Source: Candidatus Eiseniibacteriota bacterium (GTDB lineage Bacteria > Eisenbacteria > RBG-16-71-46). From it: DNA of 64,000 nt. Positions 18,958 to 27,848 of this stretch are shown piece after piece. The translations under genes were made by a program, and so were the position numbers. The notes beneath the pieces were generated by a model. That model saw only the letters and a list, made by a program, of their open reading frames with translations. It was not told where the DNA came from and made no database searches. Each line of letters begins with the position of its first letter. Positions within the stretch are counted from its first letter, which is position 1. The stretch spans positions 16,670-80,669 of the forward strand of contig JAWOLC010000016.1 in assembly GCA_033853925.1 (NCBI GenBank), given 5' to 3'.

Positions 18958-21460
18958 TAAGAACCACGAACTTCTGAGTCGCTGCCACGCCTCCAGCCTC
19001 AAGTCGGCAGAAGTAGAACCCCTCCCGCCACCCGCCAGCGCGGAGCCCGATGTTGTGAACCCCCGCGGTCAGCACGGAGTGATTGAGAAGCGATGCCACG
19101 CGACGCCCTTGAACATCATAGACTGCGAGGTTCACAGGCCCCGCCGCGGGGAGCGCGAACCGAATCGTGCCTTCCGAGTGAAGCGGATTGGGCGCGATGG
19201 GGGCCAGGGCAAGCCAAGTCGGAACCGGCTCCGGCCCGGGTGGCGTGCCGAACGTGATCGCGGCCAGCGTCGCGGCAGGGATGTCGCCGATCCGCTGGAA
19301 TCCTCCCCCAATGTACAGCGTGTTGCCGACCGGAAGGATCACCGAAGCTCCGGCGTGCGCGAAGCCCCACTCCAGATTGCTCAAGCCAGCATCCCAGGGG
19401 AGAATGGTCCCGGTCCTCAGATCGAGCGCGGCCAGGCCCTCCCGAGGCTCCCCGCCGATGACCCAGAAACCACCTCCGACGAACATGGTGTCTCCGACAA
19501 TCGCGATGGTGGACACGTTCGTGCCCAAGTTCGTGTCCGCGCTCCAATCCAGTGCCCCGCCGGTCGCTGCATCAAGTGCAGCGAGGTTCTGCCGCGGCTG
19601 GCCGCCAATCGTATTGAAACGACCTCCCACGAAGACCGTGTCGCCAGCAAGGGCCACGGTCGTGCACCAGTCGTCCGATTGCGGATTCCAGTCCAGGATC
19701 GCCCCACTCTTCCCGTCAACGGCCGCGATCCCCTTCCGCGTAAGTCCCCCGATGGTCCAGAAGAAGCCCGCCACATAGACCACGTCGCCCCTCACCGCCA
19801 AGCCGTACACGTCGCTCGCTGCGTTGGGGTTCCAACTGGTCAGCTCTCCCGTGTTCAAGTCGAAGGAGGCGAGGCGGCCCCGAGGCTGGTCGCTCATGGT
19901 GGTGAAATATCCGCCAACGTAGAGCGTGTCCCCGGTGACCGCGAGCGAGCCGACCACGCTGTTCGCCGTTGGATTCCATTCTGTCGCCCCGCCCGTAAGC
20001 GTATCGAGTGCGGCGAGGCCGTAGCGGGTCTGGCCCCCGATGAAGCTGAAGTAGCCCCCCACGTACACACGCCCGTGAGTCACGGCCAGCGCCCACGTCC
20101 CCAGCCCATCGGGGTGCGGGTCCCAGTCCTTCACCGCGCCCGTCGTCACATCGAGGGCCGCGAGCCCTTTCCGCTCCCGCCACTGATCGCCGATGCTGAA
20201 GAAATACCCACCCACGAAGACGGCGGCCCCAGCCACGCCCAGGGCAAAGACTGCGTCGGTTGACCGTGGATTCCACCGCGTGGCTAGACCGGTCGCGAGG
20301 CTCACCTCGGCACAGTATGGACGATCCTGGCCGCCCATCGCTGCGAACCATCCACCAAGAAAAGCGGTCGAATCATGCAGCGTCAGACACGTGACGGGCG
20401 AATCGCCAAGACTCGATGCGGGCGGGGCCGGGTTCCACAGCAGCACTTGGCCGGTTGCGAGATCGACTTGAGCCACGCCGGAACGGGCCTGCGCGCCGAT
20501 GGACGTGAAGTGCCCGACGACGTATACTGTGTTGCCCCTCAGGCTCATCGCCGCGACGTAGGGGTCGCCGTAGATCGTGTTGTCCAGTCCCGAGATTCCG
20601 GGGTTCCATGCGGTCGGGACTCCCGTCGCGATGCTCACGGCCGCAAGTCCACCACGCGATTGTGTCCCGACCTGCGTGAAGTCACCGCCGAGGTACATGG
20701 TGTCGCCGAGAGCCGCCAACGCCCGGACCGATCCGCGGCTTCCAGCGATGGAAACATCCGGATTCCAAGCTGCGGGCTGCCCAGTTGCGCTGTCCAGTTG
20801 AGCCACTCCGTAGCGTGTAATTGTTCCTACGGCGGTGAAGTCTCCCCCGATGTAGACGTTCCCTCGGTAGGGCAGTAGGGCGCGGACCTGGAGGTTCGGC
20901 TCGGGGTCCCAGCCCGTGGCTTGGCCGGTTCCAACGTCGAGCGCGGCGACGTAGCTGCGGGGTTGTCCGCCGATGTGGGTGAAGAACCCTCCCGCGTAGA
21001 GAGTCTCTCCACTCCGCGCCAGGACGAGAATCTCGCCGTCAGCGTCCGGGCTCCAGTCGGCTACGCGTCCACTCGCCAGGATGTGGGCGATGTTCGCTCG
21101 GGGGACGCCTCCGACGGCGACGAACGTCCCGCCAATGAACCAGCCTCCAGCGCCGTCCGGTACGACCGTCCTCACGACGCCGGTGACGCGAGGGAACGAC
21201 GGGAGCGGCTCGCCCGTCACTCGGTCCACGGGCACTCCGCCTCCGCTGTTCGGCCCGACGGCGTTGAAGTCGCCACCGACGTAGAGCGTGTTGCCCGAAC
21301 GCGCGATGGTGAAGACACTCCCGTCCGTCCCCCACAGGTTCTCGTCCACTCGCTGCGGCACGGCTTCGTTGGCACAGAGCAGGAGCGCGGCCACAGCCCA
21401 GGCACACCACGTCCGAGGTGCTCGGGCAATGCCCTCACGCCTCGTGGTGCGTGCCCGCAC
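18953..21460 (-). CDS. Secreted repeat protein (14 blades, probable double 7-bladed beta-propeller) with FlgD/T9SS-like CTD
   Basis: 14 repeats of consensus WxP...V.ALA..G..LYVGGxF..IGG..R..LAALD..TG. CTD APNP...FALP...VNLAVYDVQGRRVA...GFYFCRL. Start uncertain (GTG 21460; ORF open to 21517). Confidence 0.8.
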   Translation of the reverse strand: MRARTTRREGIARAPRTWCAWAVAALLLCANEAVPQRVDENLWGTDGSVFTIARSGNTLYVGGDFNAVGPNSGGGVPVDRVTGEPLPSFPRVTGVVRTVVPDGAGGWFIGGTFVAVGGVPRANIAHILASGRVADWSPDADGEILVLARSGETLYAGGFFTHIGGQPRSYVAALDVGTGQATGWDPEPNLQVRALLPYRGNVYIGGDFTAVGTITRYGVAQLDSATGQPAAWNPDVSIAGSRGSVRALAALGDTMYLGGDFTQVGTQSRGGLAAVSIATGVPTAWNPGISGLDNTIYGDPYVAAMSLRGNTVYVVGHFTSIGAQARSGVAQVDLATGQVLLWNPAPPASSLGDSPVTCLTLHDSTAFLGGWFAAMGGQDRPYCAEVSLATGLATRWNPRSTDAVFALGVAGAAVFVGGYFFSIGDQWRERKGLAALDVTTGAVKDWDPHPDGLGTWALAVTHGRVYVGGYFSFIGGQTRYGLAALDTLTGGATEWNPTANSVVGSLAVTGDTLYVGGYFTTMSDQPRGRLASFDLNTGELTSWNPNAASDVYGLAVRGDVVYVAGFFWTIGGLTRKGIAAVDGKSGAILDWNPQSDDWCTTVALAGDTVFVGGRFNTIGGQPRQNLAALDAATGGALDWSADTNLGTNVSTIAIVGDTMFVGGGFWVIGGEPREGLAALDLRTGTILPWDAGLSNLEWGFAHAGASVILPVGNTLYIGGGFQRIGDIPAATLAAITFGTPPGPEPVPTWLALAPIAPNPLHSEGTIRFALPAAGPVNLAVYDVQGRRVASLLNHSVLTAGVHNIGLRAGGWREGFYFCRLEAGGVAATQKFVVLR

Positions 21461-21476
21461 AACTGCTGGGACGTGT

Positions 21477-23584
21477 TCAGCGGACAAGCAGAACCCGGAG
21501 CGAACGTCGACCCTCAACCGTCGTCAGGCTCGTAAAGTAGAGGCCGCTCCTCACCGCACGGCCGAGCACGTCGTGTCCGTTCCACGCCAGATCGGAACGG
21601 CCCGACGGCAGGTCGCCATCCACGATGGTCTGCACGCGACGCCCGAGCACGTCGTACACCGCAAGGTGAACCCTCATGCGTCTCGGCAGTTCGATCCGGA
21701 GCGCAACGGTCGACCGCGCTGGACTGGCTCCCGCCAGCAACAGCTCCGGGCGCATCACGCTCACCGCCGTCGCGTCCACACCCGCCGCGCTGGGGCAGTC
21801 CATGCTGAACAAGTATGGTGACGTCGCCGGCCGCATCTGCGTGTAGCCGATGCCCGCGATGTCGTCGGTGTATGCGGCCAGGAACTCGATGTCGTTGGTG
21901 ATCTGGAGGTACTCGCTCGCGTGCCAATAGTAGAACCAGCCGGCCTGCACTGGCGGCACGAGGGTCCACAGCTTCTGCGTCCGGGCCCATCGCGCCCCCG
22001 ACGAGACGGTGTCCGTAGGGCTGTACGGATTCGACTCTGCCCAGATCGAGTCGTTGTTGACGGTGTTGAACAACCACCAGTTCCCGTTGCGATAGAAGGC
22101 GTGGGGCGACTCGACGACATACGCTGTGCCGTAGATCGGGTTGATCCAGGAATGATGCGTGTTCCAGAGCGGGAAGCTGTTGCCCCACGAGGTGAAGTCG
22201 CCATGCGATCTCGCCACACCCACGACCATCTCAGGCGTGTATTCCTGCGGGACCGTGGCGAAGTACACGAGCCAATCACCAGGTACATCCGGATCGGGCA
22301 TGACGAACGGATCGCGTAGCTGCACCTGCCCGCCATACGGACCGGCAGGGGTTGGATCAGCCCACGGAATGTTGCGCGTGCTGGGTGCCGTCGTAGCTTC
22401 GAGCACGCTGTCGCCCTGCGTCCAGTTGACGAGGTCGGTTGAAGTGGCGAGGCCGATCCGTTGGTTGTGGTTCTTGTCTACCCCCGTGTACAGCATGTAG
22501 TACGTGAGGCCCTTGAGGACGACGGTGGGCGCCCAAACGTGAAGGCTGTCGAATCGGCCCCCGCGGGTTCGGATCGCCATCGTGTCCTGCGCCTGGCTCC
22601 GGGGCCAGTCCCAGCCGATCAAGTCGTTCGAGACCTTGTGGCCGATGTTCTTCTCGGTCAACTCGGTGGTGATGCGCTGATTGTGGCGGATGTAGAACAG
22701 GTGGAACGTCCAGGAGCCCGCCGGTGTCCAGCCGCCCTCCACGAAGGCGAAGTCCTTCGGCTGGATCATGTAAGGGTCATTCGGATCGAGAATCTCCTCG
22801 AACCTGCGCTCGCAGCCGCCGGTGTCGGCGACCGCGAGATCAGGAGGCGGCGGATCAGCCTCCACGTCGGCGGTCGTGACCAGGTCGTTCGCGCCCTGAA
22901 CTTGAAGAACGGAAGCCGGCACGTGAGCGGCGAGCAAGGCGCTGGCCGAGATGGCCAAGTCGCTGACCGCCCCAATCGTGAGCGGCTGATTCCAGGAGCC
23001 GTCCGACGCGGCCAGAGTGACGGAGCGCGTTCCAGCAAGCCCGGAGCCTACCGCAGTGAGGAGATACTGAGTCGAGTGGTGGACCGTGGAGGTCCGCAGG
23101 ATGACCGGCTAGTAGTCGCCTTCCACCCCTTCATTGTATGTCACCTCGTTCGACTCGATCACCTGCGTGGTGTCGGCCGGGTTGAAGGCAACCACCTTGA
23201 GCTTGCCCCTGCTGCCGCCGACCAAGTCGAGCAGGTAGTAGGCGGTTGCGGCGGAGCCGCTTCCGGCCGAGCAGAAGTGGGCCCTGATCGCGTTGGCAGC
23301 ACTGTCGGCCCGGGTCAAGGGACCCCAGATCGAGTCCACCTTGGCGGTATCGGCGAGGCAGGCGAGAACCGAGTCGAGGGCGACGAACTGAATGCCGGAC
23401 GAATCAGCGGTCCAGCTCAGGACCCACGAGGACGGCAACGTCGCGGTGGAATCCGCCTGAACGAGAAGCGAGGCACGGATGTGAAGCTCAGAGCTGTCGA
23501 GCGATCGCTCCAATGCAGCTGGATGGCGGACGACCCTGTGGGAACGAGCAGCATGAGGGCGAGGAACCAATGAACGCGGCGCAT
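21477..23584 (-). pseudogene. Disrupted secreted GH32/GH43-like five-bladed beta-propeller protein with CTD
   Basis: ATG 23584 with GGAG RBS and signal peptide MRRVHWFLALMLLVPTGSSA. Frameshift near 23470-23490. In-frame TAG at 23109-23111. Frame then continues into 21477..22958 (PKDF, FHLFY, VWAP, YMLYTG, LRDP; CTD VYDVLGRRV). Confidence 0.75.
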
Positions 23585-23638
23585 CGAACATCTCCATGAC
23601 GAACGGATTCGACGGCGACCAGGATGGTACGCGGTCTG

Positions 23639-24104
23639 CTCCGCCAGCTTGCAGGCATCCCGGCGATCGGTCTTGATCCGGCTCCCAGGCTTCACCGGGG
23701 TCAGGGAGGGTGCGATCACGCTGCAGGAGACGCCAGCCAGTCGTAACTGGCGCTGCAGCGCATAGCCGGTCAGTCCGGCTTCGTAGCCGCACTGGACCGG
23801 CCCCACCGCCCCCCGCTGGAGCTTGCGGGCCAAGCGGCGGATGGCCTCGAGCGTCGGCACCTCCCGCCACTCCACGAGCTGGGCCTGCCCCGGGAAGAAC
23901 GCTGCCACCTTGATCGAGCTCTTGTGGGCATCCAGCCCCACCCAGGCGCTAGAGTGCTGACTCACGACCGGCTCCTCTCGTCTGCGGCTCTGGCGCCGCG
24001 AGGTGCTAACCCGCGATCGCGTGGCGGCCCGTCCGCCGACTGTCGGCCACTCTCGTGAGTGGCTCGACGCTACGACCGCGAGCCCGTCGCTCCATGTTGT
24101 CTAG
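23639..24104 (-). mobile_element. IS110/IS1111 left end plus 5' fragment of transposase
   Basis: IR GTCGCTCCATGT at 24086-24097; GAGGAG RBS; GTG 23965; VGLDAHK, GYEAG, KTDRRDA. Homology ends after KLAE at 23639. Confidence 0.88.
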
Positions 24105-24168
24105 CCCGGGGAGACGGGAGGCCGTCCGCCTCGGGGTTCGGGCCGGCAGACTCCGGTCGTCGAGATCT

Positions 24169-27100
24169 TCAGCGCAACAGTACGACCCGGCGGCTGATCG
24201 TCGCCCTCGGCGTCGAGAGGCGCACGAAATAGACCCCGGATCTCGCGCCCGAGCAGTCCCAGGCGATCTGGTTCGTCCCGGCGAGGAGGGACCCGCCCCC
24301 CAGGTCCGCGAGCCTCCGCCCGCTCAGGTCGTACACCCCGAGCTTCACGTCCGCCACGTCCGCCAGGCTCACGGTCAGCGGCACCGGCTGGCCGCGCGCG
24401 CTCACGATCGTGGGCACGCGCAGGTCGTCGGCGCCGGGCGGTGGCGCCGGCTGCGCGTGGCACGAGTCGAGATTGCAGATGCCCACCAGGGTGCACACCG
24501 GCTCGGAGACGAGGCCGCTCGCGTCGCGCACCGTGAGGCACACGTAGAACGCTGAGGTCTGGCGCGCCCCCGAGCCGGCGAGGAACCTGCCGGAGTAGGT
24601 CGGCCCGCAGGCTCCGCCGGGAACCCTCTCGCACCAGGAGAATTGATAGGGCGGCTTGCCTCCGGAGGCGGCGGCCCAGAACGTGTCGGGCGTGCTGGCG
24701 CAGCAGAGCAGCTCGGGCCCGCTGATGAAGGCTCGCGGTGTCTGCGCTCGACAGGAGTCCGGCGAGAAGATGCTCACGGCCTGGCAGACGGTGTCGGAGA
24801 CGAAGCCGTGGGCGTCCCGCAGGGAGAGGCAGACGAGGAACGTGGAGTCCCACCGCGCGGCGGAGCCGGTGAGGGTGCCGCCCGAGGAGGTCCAGCGGCA
24901 GCTTCCGCCCACCGGCTTCTCGCACCAGGAGAACTGGTACGGGGCCTTGCCTCCCCTGGCGCCCGCGTAGAACGTGTCCCGCTTGCTCGAGGTGCAGAGC
25001 TGGCTGGGCCCCATGATGAAGGGATGGGGCATCTGCGAATGGCAGGAGTCGCGGTTGCAGAACATCACCAGGCTGCTCAGGGTATCGGAGAGCACTCCAT
25101 CGGCGTCGCGCGCGGCGACGCAGAGGAAGAAGGAGGAATCCCGCCGGATCGCCGGTCCCGTGAGGAAGCTCCCGCCGGGCGCCAGCGTGTAGCTCCCGCC
25201 CACCGCCTGCTGGCCCCAGAAGAACTGGTAGGGCGGCTTCCCCACGGACCCCGAGGCCCAGAACGTGTCGGCGGCAGTCGTGCAGCAGAGCGATCCGGGG
25301 CCGCGGAGGCTCACCCGGGTCCTCCCATATGGGACCAGCACGGGCACGCGGATGGATTCGGTCTGCCTCATCCGGTCCATGACCTGGACGATGAGCGTGT
25401 GCGCGACGGTGTTGTGGCACTCCTCCTGCCACGGGAACTGGCCCAGCATCCCGGAGACCGACGACGACCACAGGTACGTATAGGGCGGCAAGCCCCCGGA
25501 GGGCGTGACCGTGTCGCGCACGCACCCGCCCCAGGCGGAGGTGAGGCTCGCCTGGGCGATGGACAGGACCATGGGCGGCACGTCCAGGGAGACCCACAGG
25601 CTGTCCCTGCCGAAGCGGCCGTGGCTGTCCGTGACCGTGCAGGCCACGAGGAATCGCGCGCTGTTCGAGCAGGCAGCCTGGATCGTGTTGGTGTCCCCCG
25701 GAATCGCGTACCAATCGCCCTGGTCTCCATAGGTCCACACGAGCTGCGACCAGGCGAAGTGGACCGCTCCCGTGGCGTGCGCCACGCTCGCCTGATACGT
25801 GCCCGGCTGGCCCAGGCCGAGCTTCACGGGACCCGTGATCGCGACTTGCAGCGAGAGTCCCACGATGGCGATTCCCCGGTGGGCGAAGACGCTGTCGATC
25901 TGGGAGAGGTGGGCGCCGGCCTGATGGTCGTAGTCGGCCTGCCAGATCGCGTCGCTGCCCATGGCGTAGCACGGGGTCGCCGGCAGATAGTAGAGGCTCT
26001 CGACGACCAGTCGATCCGCGACCTCGGGCAGGGTCTGGCGCAGATCCCAGAGCGCGCCGGACCAGATCATGCCCTTGCAGTACTGCCCGGCTCCCGACAC
26101 GCACTCCGCGTCGATCACGTCGTAGTTCGCGTAGTTGTACTGAGTCGGGTCCGTGTTCACGCAGCGGTAGATGCCGAGGACGGGCGCGTGCCCCTTGAAC
26201 ACGAAGTCGCCGATGCAGGGGTGGTTCGTCGAGGCGGCGCCGAAGAAGTCGGCGTAGCCCTCGTGCATGGCCAGCGGCTCCAGGGCCTTGCCGGCCAGGC
26301 CGCTCCCGTCGATGCCCAGCGAGACCAGGACGTAGTGGCCGCTCTCGTGACCGATGATGTCGGCGTCCTCCGCGCAGCAGCCCAGGCCGATCGCCTGCGT
26401 GAAGTAGGTGCCCGCCTCGGTCGTGAAGGCCAGGCCCATGCTCGTCGCCGGTTCGTGCACGTGCGCGGTCATGGGGGCGACGGGCAGCGTGTACCCCAGA
26501 GGCGCGAGGAAGGTCTCGACGAACTCGTTGGTGTGCCAGTAGGCGCTCACCTCGTCGAACGGGTTGGGATACGGGTTGATCGTGGTGCTGCACGGCTCGA
26601 AGTAGTACTGACCGTCGGGGCTGGAGACGCCCGGCGTCGTCTGGCTCACGACCCGGACGGAGCGCCCCTCGAGCCGCGAGACGTCGTCGCGCAAGTGGAC
26701 GAGGGTGGTGTCCAGCAGCCCGTGATCCGGATTCGGATTCGCCACCCAGCCGCGGCCGACGCCCGTGTACCCCTCGCCCAGCGCGAGGTTCGCCGTCTCG
26801 AGCACCGCCCCGCTGCGGGCATCCACCGTCACCCGCCACCAGTACGGTCGCGCGCTCGCCAGCAGAGTGACCACGTAGACGAGCGCCCCCCGACCTTCGC
26901 GCACGCGCACCGCCAGCTCCGTGGCCGCCCGCGCGCGCTCCGCCGTCGCCGGCGCCGCGGCGCGGGCCAGCTCCTCCGCGTGCGCGGCGGGAAACGCGGG
27001 TGTGGTCTCCGTCTCGGGCACGCGCACCGCGCCTCCGGCCAGCATGCGTAGGCGGCCCTGCCGGTCCACGCTCGCCATGTATTCGCCGTCCAGCACCGGG

Positions 27101-27465
27101 AGGCCGCGATAGAGCTGGCGCATGCGCAGGTGGTGCACGCCGCGACGCTCGCGCTCCTGCACCATCGCGAAGTCGTCCAGCCCGGCGCGCAGCCCGAACA
27201 AGCCGGCGTTGCGCGTGAAGAGGTCCTGCACTGCCCGGGCGTGCCCCGTCGTCCAGCCGGGCAGCGGCGCGCTCCCGCGACCGTGGATGACCTGCGGTGC
27301 GTCCGCGGGATCGTCCCAGCGCACGCGCCACTCGCCGGCCTCTCTCTGGGTGAAGGAGAGCCACTCGCGCGGGGATCGCGAGGGAAGCTCGGCGCTGCGG
27401 CCCACGCCGGCCCAAGCTGCCAGGACGTACAGCAGGAGCGCGGTCACGATCTGGGGCGGCCTCAT
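24169..27465 (-). CDS. Secreted thermolysin-like (M4/M36-type) zinc metalloprotease with Cys-rich Ig-like repeats and CTD
   Basis: Signal peptide; FTP/PepSY-like propeptide (LRMRQLYRGLPVLDG, VTVDARSGAVL); HESGH and HEGYADFF zinc motifs; GGxPPYxxxW repeats; CTD VYDLSGRRL. GGAGG RBS. Confidence 0.85.
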   Translation of the reverse strand: MRPPQIVTALLLYVLAAWAGVGRSAELPSRSPREWLSFTQREAGEWRVRWDDPADAPQVIHGRGSAPLPGWTTGHARAVQDLFTRNAGLFGLRAGLDDFAMVQERERRGVHHLRMRQLYRGLPVLDGEYMASVDRQGRLRMLAGGAVRVPETETTPAFPAAHAEELARAAAPATAERARAATELAVRVREGRGALVYVVTLLASARPYWWRVTVDARSGAVLETANLALGEGYTGVGRGWVANPNPDHGLLDTTLVHLRDDVSRLEGRSVRVVSQTTPGVSSPDGQYYFEPCSTTINPYPNPFDEVSAYWHTNEFVETFLAPLGYTLPVAPMTAHVHEPATSMGLAFTTEAGTYFTQAIGLGCCAEDADIIGHESGHYVLVSLGIDGSGLAGKALEPLAMHEGYADFFGAASTNHPCIGDFVFKGHAPVLGIYRCVNTDPTQYNYANYDVIDAECVSGAGQYCKGMIWSGALWDLRQTLPEVADRLVVESLYYLPATPCYAMGSDAIWQADYDHQAGAHLSQIDSVFAHRGIAIVGLSLQVAITGPVKLGLGQPGTYQASVAHATGAVHFAWSQLVWTYGDQGDWYAIPGDTNTIQAACSNSARFLVACTVTDSHGRFGRDSLWVSLDVPPMVLSIAQASLTSAWGGCVRDTVTPSGGLPPYTYLWSSSVSGMLGQFPWQEECHNTVAHTLIVQVMDRMRQTESIRVPVLVPYGRTRVSLRGPGSLCCTTAADTFWASGSVGKPPYQFFWGQQAVGGSYTLAPGGSFLTGPAIRRDSSFFLCVAARDADGVLSDTLSSLVMFCNRDSCHSQMPHPFIMGPSQLCTSSKRDTFYAGARGGKAPYQFSWCEKPVGGSCRWTSSGGTLTGSAARWDSTFLVCLSLRDAHGFVSDTVCQAVSIFSPDSCRAQTPRAFISGPELLCCASTPDTFWAAASGGKPPYQFSWCERVPGGACGPTYSGRFLAGSGARQTSAFYVCLTVRDASGLVSEPVCTLVGICNLDSCHAQPAPPPGADDLRVPTIVSARGQPVPLTVSLADVADVKLGVYDLSGRRLADLGGGSLLAGTNQIAWDCSGARSGVYFVRLSTPRATISRRVVLLR
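24430..25302 (-). repeat. Three tandem 291-bp (97-aa) coding repeats
   Basis: Units start GPGSLCC (25302), GPSQLC (25011) and GPELLCC (24720). Shared DTF.A...GK.PYQF.W and C...RD..G..S motifs. Confidence 0.85.
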
Positions 27466-27848
27466 TACGGTGCACCTCCGCAGTCGCGCCCGGCAACTGG
27501 AACGCCATTCTTCCACCAATCCGGACCCAGGGGAACGGGATATTTCGCGCGCCGCGGGCCGTCCGGCGGCCGCCGGGGGAGCCGCGGCGGGGAGGCAACC
27601 CCTGTGTCCAGCCGCTCGGGAAGGGCGGACCCCCCTGGGCCCGAGGGGACTCGAGGGGCGAAGGGCGACCAGCCGGGTCCCCAGTGCAGGATGCACGGCC
27701 ACCCCGATCCCGCGCGGGGCGGGGGAGGGGAATCCGGCGGCGAAGGTTCCGTCGAGGACTGGCTCCTCCCTTGCGAAGTTGGAGTAGAATTGGCAGTGGA
27801 CCGATCGTGCTGCTCTGCCAACCCATCCCCTCCCTGGAGGCAACTCTC

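Noticed and set aside
23109-23111. In-frame TAG as pyrrolysine recoding
   Set aside because: The same gene also has a frameshift and no pyl genes are in view. A nonsense mutation is simpler.
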